Assembly: GCF_004010195.1 (NCBI RefSeq)
Contig: NC_057740.1
Coordinates: forward strand, 3,891,142 to 3,955,141
DNA: 64,000 nt
Source: Chiloscyllium plagiosum
Taxonomy: Eukaryota
Direction of reading: 5' to 3'
The notes beneath the pieces are model-generated. The model saw nothing but the letters and a program-made list of their open reading frames with translations. It made no database searches and was not told where the DNA came from. Of the stretch, positions 38,328 through 51,879 are shown piece after piece (position 1 is the stretch's first letter; each line of letters opens with the position of its first letter). The position numbers and the translations under genes were made by a program.

Positions 38328-39400
38328 TGTTATGGAGCTGAAGGCATGTAATGTACCTTTAAGAGCGAGAGATAATGCTGTTCTGAACTGAAAACTTATA
38401 AGCACCTGTGTATATGACTAGATGGCAGTCCCAGAGTGTACTGGAAATTTGTAAATATGTAACATTTGGCTGTGAAATGGATACCTGAGTTTTGGTTGCT
38501 GTTTTGACATTAATTTGAATTTAACCAGTTTAAATTATGCCCCGCAATACTAAAACCCAGTAGAGTTTGAGTTTATTGTTTTGCCAACAACAAACCAATG
38601 AGTTGATCTGCTGTTGGGGTTAGAAGAATGGAAACATTTTGAAAACCGGTCAGAGAGCAACTGCCATTGAGAGAGAAAATCCTGGAGAGCTAATTGCCCA
38701 TCTAATATCTTGCTCTCAAAGAAATTAGAAAACACTCTCTATCAAAGGTTCCTTTTCATGTGAAACAAAACTCGCTATAAAAAGAAAGAAGACGACCCAG
38801 GGAGATCAGCGGCTGGAAGAGTGAAGACACAAATGAAGACAGAGACTGTGTGTTTTTGAAATTAAGTTGATGTAATTTTAATAAGTGTCTTATTGGAACA
38901 GCATATTGTTATAGAGTTGGAGGCAGATACAGTCATAGAGTCATAGAGATGTAAAGCACAGAAACGGACCCTTCGGTCCAACTCATCCATGCCGACCAGA
39001 TATCCTAATTTAATCTAGCCCCATTTGCTAGCACTTGGCTCATATCCCTCTAAACCTTTTCTATTCATATACCCATCCAGATGCCTTTTAAATGCTGGAA
39101 TTGTACTAGCTTCCACCACTTCCTTTGGCAGCTCATTCCATACACGCACCACCCTCTGCGTGAAAAAGTTGCCCCTTAGGTCTCTTCTTTATCTTTCCCC
39201 TCTCACCCTAAATCTATGCCATCTAGTTCTGGACTCCCCACCCCAGGGGAAAAAAAGCTTGTCTATTTATCCTATCCATGCCCCTCATGATTTTACAAGC
39301 CTCTATAAGGTCACTCATATTTTAACAGATTACGAGGCAAGGCGAGCTCTTTTGAATGTTTGGTTTAATTAACAGAGGGGTTCGCCTCTGTGTCATAACA
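38328..39400. mobile_element. Solo LTR inserted in a CR1 and itself carrying a CR1 (~38930-39315)
   Basis: TGTTATG...CATAACA perfect inverted termini and 4-bp TSD TTAT. The host CR1 (38000-38327) resumes at ~39405. Confidence 0.75.
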
Positions 39401-39623
39401 TTATTAATGCCCCTCATGATGTTATAAACCTCTAATAAGGTCATTCCTCAGTCTCCGACACTCCAGGGAAACCAAAGTGTCTGTTTCCAGGCTGTATGAC
39501 TCTAAATGCTATCTCTCAGAATCCCTTCCAACAATTTACCCACCACTAATGTTAGGCTCATCAGTCTTATTTCCCTGGCTTTTCCTTGCAGTCTTTCTTA
39601 AACAATAGTACAACATTAGCTAC

Positions 39624-39720
39624 TGCTGAAAATGTGTTGCTGGAAAAGCGCAGCAAGTCAGGCAGCATCCAAGGAACAGGAGAATCAACGTTTCGGGCAT
39701 AAGCCCTTCTTCAGGAATGA
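39624..39720 (-). mobile_element. PLE terminal fragment with hammerhead motif inside a minus-strand CR1 relic (39500-40230)
   Basis: Reverse complement cCTGAAGAagggcttatgcccGAAAcgtt. Confidence 0.8.
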
Positions 39721-40375
39721 ATACCTTCCGGCATCTCACCCATGACTGTTGTTGACACAAATATCTCTGCAATGGGCCATGCAGTCTCCTCCCTAGCTTC
39801 CCAGAATGTTCTGGGATACACCTGTTCAAGTCCCAGGGTTTTATCTATCTTTGTGCATTTTAAGACCTCCAGCACCACCTCTTCTGTAATTTGGACTCTT
39901 TTCAAGACATCACTATTTACTTCCCCAATTTTCCTAGCTTCTGTTCTTCCTCCACAGTAAATACTGAGACAAAATTTTGTTTATTATCTCACCCATCTCC
40001 TGTGGTTCCACACACAGACAGTCGAATCGAATTTTCAGGGGTCCTATTTTCACCCTAGTTACTCTTTTGCCCTTAAAGTACTTGTAGAATCTCTTAGGAT
40101 TCTCTTAACCTTTTTTGCCAAAGTTGTCTCATATCCACTTTTTGCCCTCTTGATTTCCCTTTTAACGTGATCTCCTACTCTTCCTATACTCCTCCAGGGA
40201 TTCATTTGATCCCAATTGTCTATTCTTGACATATTTAGTTAATGGTGAGGATTGGTAAATTGTAACAAACTTGTTTAGCAGTACAGGATAGTTACATGTC
40301 ATTAGGCTTGATCATTATTAATGAGATACTACTGTTACTAATTATGAAGAATAATCAAGAAAGGCACAAACTCAC

Positions 40376-40386
40376 TTGGACGGATC
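40376..40386 (-). CDS. Candidate 11-nt microexon of the FYB/PRAM1-like gene
   Basis: gtttttttatag|GATCCGTCCAA|gtgagt has strong splice sites. Its phase-2 end would join the 37884 exon (DPSN-IIYDDV). Confidence 0.35.
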
Positions 40387-40845
40387 CTATAAAAAAACTA
40401 CAGTTGCAAGAGCAGGTCAAATAGTCACAGTCAGCATCATAGAGGTCGAAAACACAGAAAAATGTCTCATTTTTTATAGTTTCAGCACAACCTTCCTGTT
40501 CTTAAACTCTATGCCTCAGCTATCTTTCTTGATCACTTTATCCACATGTCCTGCTATCTAAAGGGACCAGTATACATGGGCATCAATGTCGCTCTGATCC
40601 TTGGTGCTTCCCAGGGTCCTGCGGTTAATCATGTATTGTCTTCCCTTTTCTGTTTTTTCTGCCCAAGTGCATTACCTCATAATTATACAGAAAGATTGGG
40701 AATTCAGTCATGAGTAATTCACCTCTTGGCTACCAAAAGCCTGTTCACCAACTACAATTTTTGTGTCAAAATCACGACCATCTTCTCACGTAGGGCAGGA
40801 AAAGCCAATCATGTCCATACACTGAGCTTCTGCCAAATGGAATTA

Positions 40846-41058
40846 CAGGTGTCCCCTGTTATCTGAAAGCAGAACATTCCTACAAAACCTTTCGTAAGCC
40901 AAAATGGGGTAAAGTGAAGAAGCATAAATTTATATGGGAAAAATTTCGCCTTTCTTCGTAAAAACGAAAATCCTCTTTGAATTTCTTTTGGTTAGCGAGA
41001 ACAGGTACTAATATAGGTCTTTCGTAAAAGCAAACTTTTGAAAAGTGGGGGATACCTG
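40846..41058. mobile_element. Tigger/pogo-like MITE
   Basis: TA|CAGGTGTCCCC...GGGGATACCTG|TA. Confidence 0.8.
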
Positions 41059-41689
41059 TACAACAAATGCTGCTATCCTCATTGCAACACTCTCCACTAA
41101 TTTTGAAAGTTAATTCTTGCTTGGCTGCCTTTCTTCCTCACATGCTTTAGGTCACGTAGAAATTGAGCTATGTACACCCAGTCTAGTTCATAAGAAATAA
41201 GATCAAGACCAAGACATTGAGCCCGTTGTAAGATCATGGCTAATCTGATTGTGGCTTTAACTCCACTTGCCTGCCTGCCCCCATACTCCCTATCTCCCTT
41301 TTGAATAATAAATGTCAAACTCAATCTTGAGTAGATTCAATGATCCAGCCTCCACTATCTATCTCTGAGGAATTCCAGAAGCTAACAACCTTTAGAGAAA
41401 GCATTGCTGTTCAATCCCATCTTCTGTGAGAGACTCCTTACTTTGAAACTGTTTTGCATGGTTCTAGATTCTTTCACTAGAGGAAACATCCCTTCAGTAT
41501 TTATCAACCCTCATGAAAATCTTATATATTTCAATAAAAATCACTTCTCATTCTTCTAAATGTCAATGCCTTTATCTCCAAACTGCTCAAAATTTCCTCA
41601 TAAAACAATCCCAAGAAATTAGCCTAATTAACCTTCTTTGAACAGTTTCCCAGAAAAGTATCTCCCCTTATAAGTAGACCAAACCGTAC

Positions 41690-41882
41690 ACATGATTTGG
41701 AGATGCCGGTGTTGGACTGGGGTGTACAAAGTTAAAAATTACACAACACCAAGTTATAATCCGACAGGTTTATTGGAAGCACTAGTTTTCGGAGCGCTGC
41801 TCCTTGTGGTTGAAGGAGCAGTACTTCAAAAGCTAGTGCTTCCAAATAAACCCGTTGGACTATAACCTGGTGTAGTGTGATT
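41690..41882. mobile_element. PLE inverted cassette (same family as 4938-5177) with hammerhead cores deleted
   Basis: Same catgatttggagatgccggtg leader and inverted arms meeting at ~41808. Confidence 0.8.
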
Positions 41883-42589
41883 CATTTGTAGCAAGACTTA
41901 CCTACTTGTAATTGTTAATGTATTATCAAGCAAAGCAGTGTCCCCGGGAAGACAAGGGGTTGAGGTGGAAATCACAGGTGTCAATGCTTGCTCCTGTTTT
42001 GAGCCTTGTGTTCCTTGTAAAGCAAACCCATTCTGACCCTAAGCACAGCAGGCCCAGCTGTTGGCTCTGCAACCCCCAAAGCACAGTGGCCCTGCCTCTG
42101 ATGGGAGCACATTGACTTCTTCCACGCCCCTCAAAGTCCACGCCTGGATTTTTGGGTCCTGGAACACTGGTGAAAATGTTTCTCCAGTCTGAAAAGCAAC
42201 CATTCACCACTACTTTCTTTCCTGTCGTAGAATCATATACTCACTACAGAGAGAGGCCATTTAGCCCAATTGAGTCTGCACCCACCTGTGAAGAACATCC
42301 CTCTCTATCGCCATAATCCCGCATTTACCAATGGGCAATCCACCTAACCTATGCATCACTGGGCACGAGGAGGCAATTTAGTATGGCCAATCCATATAAC
42401 CAGCACATCTTTGGACTATGGGAGGAAGCTGCAGCATCTGGTAGAAATCCACGCAGACACGTGCAGAACATGCAAACTCCATCCAGTTACCCAAGACTGG
42501 AAACAAACTTGGGTCCCTGGTGTTGAGTCAGCACCAGAGTCACCTCATCATCCATGTTGTCATTTGCATTAATTCTGTCCATGATTGTA

Positions 42590-43350
42590 TCAAAAAACTC
42601 AATCGATTTAAACACTTAATGGTAAGGTCCTGGGGTGTGTTTCTGAACAAAGAGACCATGGAGTGCAGGTTCATAGTTCCTTGAAAGTGGAGTCGCAGGA
42701 AGATAGAATAATGAAGAAGGCGTTTGATATGCTTGCCTTTATTGATCAGAGCATTGAGCATAGGAGCTGAGAGGTCATGTTGCGGCTGTACAGGACATTG
42801 GTTAGACCACTTTTGGAATATTGCGTGAATTCTGGTTTCTTTCCTATTGGAAAGATATTGTGAAACTTGAAAGGGTTCAGAAAAGATTTACAAGATGTTC
42901 CCAGGGTTGGAGGATTTGAGCTACAGGGAGAGGCTTAATAGGCTGGGGCTGTTTTCCCTGGAGTGTCAGAGGTGACCTTATAGAGTTTATAAAACCATTA
43001 GGGGCATGGATAGGGTAAATAGACAAAGTCTTTTCCCTGAGGTCAGGGAGTCCTAAACTAGAGGGCATAGGTTTAGTTGAGAGGGGAAAGATATAAAAGA
43101 GACCTAAGGAGCAACATTTTCACGCAGAGGGTGGTGCATGTCTGGAATGAGCTGCCAGAGGAACTGTTGGAGGCTGGTACAATTACAACATTTAAAAGGC
43201 ATATATATGGGTTTATGAATAGAAAAGGATTAGAGGGATATCGGCCAAGTACTGACACGTGAGAACTAGATTAGGTTGGGATATCTGGTCGACATGGACG
43301 AGTGAACCGAAATGTCTGTTTCCGTGCTGCGCATCTCTATGACTCTAAGA
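42590..43350 (+). mobile_element. CR1/HER1 LINE 3' end
   Basis: GERYKRDLRSNIFTQRVVHVWNELPEE and ctctatgactcta tail. Confidence 0.9.
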
Positions 43351-44354
43351 TCTGCCATTGTTAAATCTATATTGACTCTCCTTATCTAATTCACATTCGT
43401 CCAATGATTAATAAATCCTTGTGTGTTTTGGGATATAAAGCATATCCTGCCCCATGGATTGGGGAAAAGACACTCCTTTATTGACTCCCAGGTCCCAGTG
43501 TTTAATGATAAGGAAATTACTGATAAACAGGTGGGTGAATCAAGGCATGAGCAATCATTGGCTGCTTCTCAAAATGACCTTGAGTAACCTCAGTGATTTC
43601 AGGATGAACTGGACCTCAATAACAAGGATTGCATCCTCCATTTACAGTGAATTAAGTCTGTTCTTTACCAGCCATGCATGTAGGTTGCTGCTATACAAGA
43701 TGTATTTCCAACCAGGAAAGCACAACAGTGCAAAGAATAAATTGTGAAAAATAGGGCGAGTGTTTGAAAGGTGAGCATTAAAGGGCCTGACTAGTTTTCC
43801 ATATCATAATGACCTTTTCTCAAATAGTATGAGACTGAGGCCAGGTACAGATGAAGTCTTATCATCAAAGTGTACAGTATTCACAGGTTAAGGCTGAAAC
43901 TGAGGAATTTAGATCATGATGGGCAAAAACATTCCCTTCATTGTGGCATCTAGAATCCAGCAGGATAACACTGATAAACTGGAAATGTACTGTTTGGTTG
44001 TGAGCTTTGCCTGTGAAAGGTGCTACGGCAATGCAATTTCTTCATTCTTACACTCCTTAATATTTTTCAAACAGGACAGTGGTAATTTTACTCGAGTTAA
44101 TGATATCTGCACTGATTATTGTTTGGTTTATCAGACCAGCAGTATGTGATTGCGTTTACTGTTTCGCATTTTGATCTGATAAGGTGGGATTTGAGGTTCA
44201 TCCTCTTTTCCATGTGAACTGGTTGTACGGTGGGGTTTGGGGATCTGGTTTCGCCGCCACTTTCCCTGTAAATTGTTGTTTCTTGTAACCTGCTGTTCAT
44301 TGTTAATTGTTTGTTTGTAATTTGTACTGGTTAATAAAATATAAAAACAAGGGG

Positions 44355-46330
44355 AGTGTTAGTGGTGGGCTCTAATACTAAGTGCTTATAATTATAAATT
44401 AGAACACCATCTGGGAGGCTGAGTAGTGAGTGCGGATGCATTGAGCTGCCTCCTGTTAGCAGATACATCACTGGTGGTAACCCCAGTGGAAGTGTGTGTA
44501 GTGATATGAAATTTTCTCGACACACTTTCAGTCATAGCTGACAATATCAGACTTTGGGGGCAGAAAGATCTAATCCTTTCAAACTGAAACATCTGGTGGT
44601 GATAGGGGAAACTAAAGGGCCGTCATAACTAGAAATCTTTTTTGGTCCAGGGGAGACCAGCTCATAGTAGAGGACAGCATATTATTATAGGGAGCAAGCG
44701 TGATTGACCTGAGCAAAGGTTTCTGCCAATTACTGAATGGCTGTATTTCTCCAGGGCCATCCAGGGATCTCTAAAATGAAGATCTTGGTGAGAGGATATG
44801 TTTGGTGTACAGGCCTGGATGCAGACATAGCCGTGTTGGAGGGGCAGTTCCTAGGGTGCCAACAAGGACAAAAATGACTGTCAGCAGCTCCCCCACGTCT
44901 GTGGAAATGGCCGGGTAAACCTTGTACTTGGTTACACCTCGGTATGCATGGGGGGGGCATGGTGGCTCAATGGCTAGCACTGCTGCCTCACAGTGCCAGG
45001 GACCCGGGTTTGCTTCCAGCCTCGGGTGCCTGACTGTGTGGAGTTTGCACATTCTCCCCGTATCTACGTGGATTTCCTCCAGGTGCTCTGGTTTCCTCCC
45101 ACAATCCAAAGATGTGCAGGTTCGGTGAATTGGCCATGCTAAATTGCCCATAGTGTTCAGGAATGTGTAGGTTAGGTGAGTTAGTCAGGCGTGAATGTGG
45201 GATAATGGGGAGGGAATGGATCTGGGTGGGTTACTCTTCAGAAGGTCAGTGTGGACTTGTGGGGCCAAAGGGCCTGTTTCCACACTTTAGGGATTCTGTG
45301 ATTCTATGCAGGTCCTTTCATGGTTTCAATGGTCTTAGTCATTGTAGATGCCCACTGAAAGTGGGTTGGACATGCTTAGGATCCATTCATCAGACACATG
45401 GATGACAGTAGAAAAACTGCACCCACCTTTTTCAATACACAAGAGTCCTAGAAGTGTTGGTCACAGATAACAGACCTTCATTTTCAAGCAGGGAATTTGG
45501 GTATTTCCTAAAGTCAAATGGGATAAAGGACAGCTCCATACTACCTCTCATCCAATGGCCTGGCAGAGAATGCAGTCCAAACTTTGAAGGCTGGCTTGAA
45601 GAAACAGCCTAAAGCTTCACTAGATACCAAGCTGTCACAGTTCATATTTGATTGTAGGATCACCCTCATGCAACTACAGGGATAGCACCTGCTAATGGGA
45701 AGAAGACTCTGCACCAGGTTAAACCTGATCTTCCTGGACCAGGGAGGGAGGGTAAAACAGTATCAGGAATGCTAGTGCCAGGCACAAGTCTCCACTAAGT
45801 GATACAGACAGTTTGATACAGGGGACGAAATTTGATTTAAGTATCACAGAAATAGTCCTGCTGGGGTAAGAGGCATAGTTGACGTGAGGTCAGGTGACAT
45901 TTAAAATTTGGGTAGGTACGATGGCTATGAACAAGCATGTGGACCATATGAAAGCTGCGAAATTGCAAATGATTCTGGAGAAAAATGTGCCCTGTGCTTT
46001 GGAATGGTTGATGGGTCCTCAGAATCAGTGATGGACATGACGGATGTAGCCGCCTCTATGCCTTTATCACCAGGAGAACAGAGTAAAATTCTACTGAAGT
46101 GATGCTGGTGCAAGAGGCAAGCTTGAATATGTCACACACCACTGGCATTGGACACTGACTTGGAGGAATCTGACCTGGTGCTAAATGCCCCAAGAAGCTC
46201 TCCCAGGAAAAGGACTGGCCCATTTCCTCAGAATCTGAGGGAGGGATGTAATTGTAATGAGGTCAGCCAGCTAGATCTCAAGAATGAGTTCTCAGATTGG
46301 GGCTGTTAATCTCGTCCAGTCAAGGAGCTC
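44355..46330 (+). mobile_element. Gypsy/Ty3 LTR retrotransposon relic (RNase H end, integrase, PPT, LTR start)
   Basis: WALILSAYNYKLEH, GHPGISKMK..VW..GLDADI, W.WPGKP, YAGPFM..VIVDAH, TDN.PSF. Purine tract gagggagggatg followed by TGTA at ~46247. Confidence 0.8.
44949..45304 (+). mobile_element. HE1-type SINE inserted in the Gypsy integrase
   Basis: HE1 head and body, flanked by TATGCA at 44943-44948 and 45305-45310. Confidence 0.9.
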
Positions 46331-49012
46331 TGTGTGGTGATACTATGCTTTAAAAGATGTATTTTGTCCTTTTTTATGAAGGGAGATTGAGACAGAGGAG
46401 ATGAGTGGTTTGTTTCCAGTTAATAAAGTAAATAGCTTGTGAAGCCTTGGGTTTTGTTTTTTAAAGTTAGAACAACAGCAATCAGTCCTGATAAAATCAG
46501 ATTCCAATTGGATTGGTTAAAGGAGTTGTCCAGCTTCAGGGGGGCCTCTGTCACTTGCTTGGCAGACATTAATATTTAGGAACAGACAGGCATCTCCAGG
46601 GTCACGCATGTGGCCAACTTTAGCTCCTTAATTTCCATTTCACGTATGGAGTTAAAGGTTATCCCCTCGATCTACAGCTAAGTTTCCACTAAGCCCACAA
46701 TGAGTCATTATTTTATGACAGCAAGTGGAGATGAAGGGTGAATGTACTGAGAATACATTACAACATTGGGACCATTAATCATTGATTATCCATCTTCCTC
46801 CAACTTCTCTGCTTCATAACACCACCGGCTCAAACATCAACTCTGACCTGTTCCAGCATAACCAGTACATCTCCCGAAATAGATTCTCATTCAAGCCCCA
46901 CGCGATCACCTCTACTCTTATATACAATTTGATATTGTTTAGAAATTTTGGGTATCACTTTCCACTTCTCATTTGCCTGAACTGCCATTCTTCTTGATGA
47001 CACTGCTGGTTCTCTTGTGGTCAAATTCTGACAATTTTCAGCTTTACCATTTCTTTTACCACTTAACATCATAACATGTCTGAAACCCCATCATTAAAAT
47101 TCATACCCATCCCTTCACTGCCTGCAATCTCCTTGATGACCTTTGACCTCCAAACTACACAAAGCCCTGAGCTCTACAAACACTTGCAGCCTAATTCCAC
47201 TTCCTACCAGTTCCAGTTCAATCAATCTCATCTTCTATCACTTCTCCCAACTTTTCTCCTCTTTTATTACTCTCTGTTTGGCCTCTTCCCCCTCATTTGA
47301 GATATATTTGTGTCCTACAAACAGGTTTGTTGACATTTTTAAACTGAACAGTGGTGCTGTTTTAGAATGCTTTGAATTTGGGGTGATCAACCTCTGCTGA
47401 TGGAGATTTACATGAAGGTAATGCCTTATTGCTGAGGAGACCCAGGAAGGAGCTGTGATTGTTTAAGTTGCAGTGAGGGAGCTGTTGGGGGTGATGGGGT
47501 AAGTGAATCCACTCCAATCAGTGAGAGGCCCAGAGGAAAGGAATTTATGATTTTTATCTACATCTCCTTCGAGCCTCCTGACTGAAACAATCCCAAAGGA
47601 AAGCACCATCTATATATGACAGGTGGGCAGGAGACCTTAGTGGGAATTCAGGCAGCAGCCAGGTCTGGCAAATATTTCACTTTCTTAATATGGATATAGT
47701 GGGTGAGACTTCTTCCTGTGACTTTTAAAGAATGAAGAATCAGAATGCAGACACAATGATTCACAATCAATGGAATGAGTGAAGTAAGTACAGACCAAAG
47801 TGACACTGCATAAATTGAGCAAATGGCAACAAAGGAATGTTCTGGAACTTCTGATCCTACTGAAGAAAACTACCATTGAGTAACTAGCATTCAGATGATA
47901 CTTTGTCTCATTGGCTTTACATGGCTTCTCATTGTCATGTATGTTAGAAATATTGATTAGGCTGAAGACAAGACTTTCATATTAAGTTAATGGATGTTTA
48001 TATTGTCAATTTTATATTTTACTGCTCTCTTTGAGTCAGCCTTATGTGAGCAAAAACACAGGGGTGACATGAACTGACTTGTCGATAGAGATCACAGGTT
48101 TGTGAGATGCTGTCACTGATGCTAGTACTGGCAAAGGCACTGCCTTTATATATCAAGGCAAGGCTGCCTTACTCTCTCTTGTTGGAGAAATATATTGCCT
48201 GGCACTTGTGTGATGCACAAACCTGGGATGCATACATGTGTCATAGGGGAAGTGTTCAAGAAGAGGCTGACCGAAACCTTGATATGAGCATGGATTCAGT
48301 CATTGAAGGTCAGTTTATACCAATAGGAAGAGAATGCAGATCTAAATAAATATGTAGAGTGATCCCACACTCTGACAGGCAGTCGTGCTCGAACAATACA
48401 CTGGTTATAAGTTGGGCCTGTACTTATTGGAGTTTCTAAAAATTAGAGGCGACCTTATTGAAATATACAAGATTCTTAGGGGACTTGACAGGATATATGT
48501 GGAGAGGGTGTTTTCCCTCGTGGGAGAGTCTAAGAAGTGAGGGCATAATCTCAGAGCAAGAAGTTGCCCATTTTAAGACCGAGATAGGGAGGAATTTTTT
48601 TCTCAGAATGTAGTGAATCTATGGCATTCTTTATGATAGACAGCTGTTGAGGATAGGTTGTTAAGTATTTTCAAGATTGAGATAAATTTTAATCAATAAG
48701 GGAATCAAGGGCTATGGGGAAAAGACAGACAGACAAGTGGAGTTGAGGATGATCAGATTAGCCATAGTCTCATAGAATGATAGAGCAGACATGATGGGCT
48801 GAATGCTAGAGACAAGACATGAGAGAGGAAAAGATAGTGAGAGGAAGAGAATACATTTTCACAGTAAATTCTTTCTAAGTACCCAGAGTGAGCAGACAGT
48901 TCCCAGTTTATGATTAAACCCAGTGTCACCATTTAGTTCAGTGTTCTCAATAATTGTTTCCATATGGTCTTTCTGCTGGGAGCTTCCATAGCTGGATAAG
49001 TTCATATTGTAC

Positions 49013-49076
49013 CTGAATTCTGGTGGAGGGTCAGGAAACTCATTGGGGATCACGGTAATGTCATCGTACATTTCCT
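49013..49076 (-). CDS. FYB/PRAM1-like internal exon (EEMYDDITVIPNEFPDPPPEF)
   Basis: cattgtctttcag acceptor, phase 1. Resembles FYB1 DEVYDDVDTSDFP. Donor AG|gtacaa; the frame stays open to ~48880, so the exon may be longer. Confidence 0.75.
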
Positions 49077-49929
49077 CTGAAAGACAATGAGGGCACAACA
49101 TGATAAATATTTCAATAACTCAATCACAGTTTATGATCCAACTCTTGTACTGTCTGATGACAACTGAACTGTAACTCAATAATAATCTGGACAGAAGTGG
49201 TCTGGCCTATATGTAACTCCAGTCCCACAGTAATGTGGTTGACTGTTAACTGTTCTCTGAAAAAGCCATGCAAATCACTTAGTTGTACAAAACCAACACA
49301 AAAGAAAAATCTAAGAATAACACCAAATGTTCCGGCATCAACCTTGTATTACGATCTCAGCTGATGCTTATTAATGTTCTCTATCTTTAGAAATCACACA
49401 GAGTACTGTCTCTGAGCCAAGAGGCACAAGTTCAAGACTTACCTGCACCAGCGGTTTATACTAACATTTCTGAACAGGTTCATTAGAAAATACATGTATA
49501 TTGGTCAAAAAACTTTCATCACTAGGCACTGGACTGAAAAATGCCAAACAGAGACCAGTTGAAACATAAAACCTGAGAAAGTTAATGGTGTAGAGGAAGA
49601 CCATTCAGTCCTTCATTTCTGTACTAGTTAAGAAAGCACTATTCACCCCAATCCCACTCAGCAACCCTGTCTCTTTACTATTTTCTCACTTGAATACATC
49701 TCATTGCTCTGACATTGACTTACCTGTTTCCAATCCACATTTACCAAACCTCATCTCAGCTTAGTAAAATTGACCTTTCCCCAGTTTGGAAATTTTACTT
49801 CTGATCAATATTTCTCTGTTCCATAACTACTCTAAATCAAACTGGTTTATGATCACTGCCATCAAAATGCTGTTTTACTAACTCTACTTCTTCTTAGTTT
49901 ATAATTTCCTCACACTAAGTCCAGATCTC

Positions 49930-50600
49930 TTAAAGTGGAGTCATAGGTAGACAAGGCAGTGAAGAAGGCTTTCGGCACACTGGCCTTCATCAGTCAGGGC
50001 ACTGAGTATAGAAGTTGGGAAATTATGTTGCTGTTGTCCAGGACGTTAGTGAGGCCGCACTTGGAGTATTATGTTCAGTTTTGGTCACCCTGCTATAGGA
50101 AGGATGTTATTAAACTGGAAAGAGTGCAGAAGAAATTTACAAGGATGTTGCCTGAACTGAGTTATAAGGAGGGGTTGGACAAGCTGGGACTTTTTTCTTT
50201 ATAGTGTAGGAGACCGAGGAGGATCTTATAGAGGTGTGTAAGATCATGAGAGGCATGGATAAGGTGAATGCACTGTCTTTTTCTCAGGGCTGGGGAATCG
50301 AGGACTAGAGGGTACCAGTTTAAGGTTAGAAGGGAAAGAATAAAAGGAAACCTGAGGGGCAACTTTGTTACACAGAGGGTCGTATGCATATGGAATGAGC
50401 TGCCAGTGGAAGTGGTTGAGGTGGGTATGTTAACAACATTTAAATGGCATTTGGATAAATGCATGGATAGGAAAGGTTTAGAAGGATATGGGCCAAGTGC
50501 AGGGAAATGGGGTTAGTGTGGGTGGACATTTTGGTCGGCATGGACCAGTTTGGGCCAAAGGGTCTGTCCCTGTGCTGTAGGTCTCTATGACTCTATGACT
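49930..50600 (+). mobile_element. CR1/HER1 LINE 3' end
   Basis: LVRPHLEYYVQFWSPCYRKDVIKLERVQKKFTRML. Confidence 0.9.
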
Positions 50601-51879
50601 GTCTCTTTTCTTATTTGGGTTTCTCCATTCTAGTAAAAATATATTCTTCTGAATCCAAATTAAAATTATCTGCCCTCCATCTGTGTACATATATTCCAAT
50701 TAATATTAGGGTAAGTGAAATCCCTTCTATCTCTGCCTTTTGTTTTTGCAATATTGAGCAGAGTGGATTTTCCTGGGTGGATTGTGCAGCAGGTCAACGT
50801 CATAGTGAAACGGATTAGGAGAATAGACCTATGTGAGAGGCAAGCAGCAGCAGGAGATAAAACCTGACAGCAGAGAGCTCCTTTAACCTGTTCCTAGCTA
50901 TCAGAGCAGGAAAGTGATGAAACAGGTGAATCAGTAGGGGATGGGTGGGAATTTCATCCATGTCTCTTTTGATTGGCTAAGTGGTTTAAACCAGAATATG
51001 TTATTACAACTGAAGAGCTAAAGTTAGGATATTCATTTTTAAAATACTTAACATCCAAAGCAATAAATTAAATAGAATATAGATGGTAATGTGGTACAGC
51101 TGTAGAATGTGGGTGCTGGTGTGAGCTACAGTAACCGCATCTACAGCAAGTATTGGCTATTCAAGGAACTTTGGCTCACATCAGGGAGGGGAAGAGTTAC
51201 CTGTACACAGTATTCCAGGAGACAGCCCTATCCCTTACATTAATAACATCATTTTTGGTCCATTATTAGAGCAGAGGTGTGTGGAGCGGGGTATTGGGAT
51301 CCCGAGTTTAGCCAGTGCTGTTATGAGGTATGAGGTTCATGCTGCTGGTGTGGATAATGGCAGAGACTACAAGAAGCATGAGCAAATTGACCACAGCACC
51401 GTGGTCCAGAATGCAATTCAAGAGGGGAAAGAAAAGAGAAATGAAGTAGTAATGGGTAGTATAGTTAGGGGAATAGATATTGTCCTCTGCGCAAAGTTAG
51501 AGAGTCCCAATGGCTCAATTGCCAAATTGGTGTCAAGGTTCAGGACATCTCTCCCAGAGCAGGAGAGGAACTTGGAGTTGAAGGGGAAGGATCCATGTTG
51601 TAGTCCTTGTAGATACCCATGACATGGGGAGGACCAGGAAAAAAGTTCAATGGGGTTACAAGCTGCTTGTAGGAAAAATGGGTTCTCATTCATGGGGCAT
51701 TGGCACTACAATGGTGAAAGAAAGATCTGTTCCGCTGGAATGGGCTTCATTGGGATATATTTTGCTTGTTATTTTTCTATGTTAATTGTTGATGCTTTAT
51801 CCCTAATGTAAACTGTTTAAAAATTAAGAATGTAACCAAAAGAAAAGTTGTGTAGCAATTAAGAATCTATTGGGAAGAA

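Noticed and set aside
44159-44265. Possible extra FYB-like exon (RESGGETRSPNP...)
   Set aside because: Splice-compatible, but with a weak polypyrimidine tract, no family similarity and a Gypsy relic next to it; not supportable.
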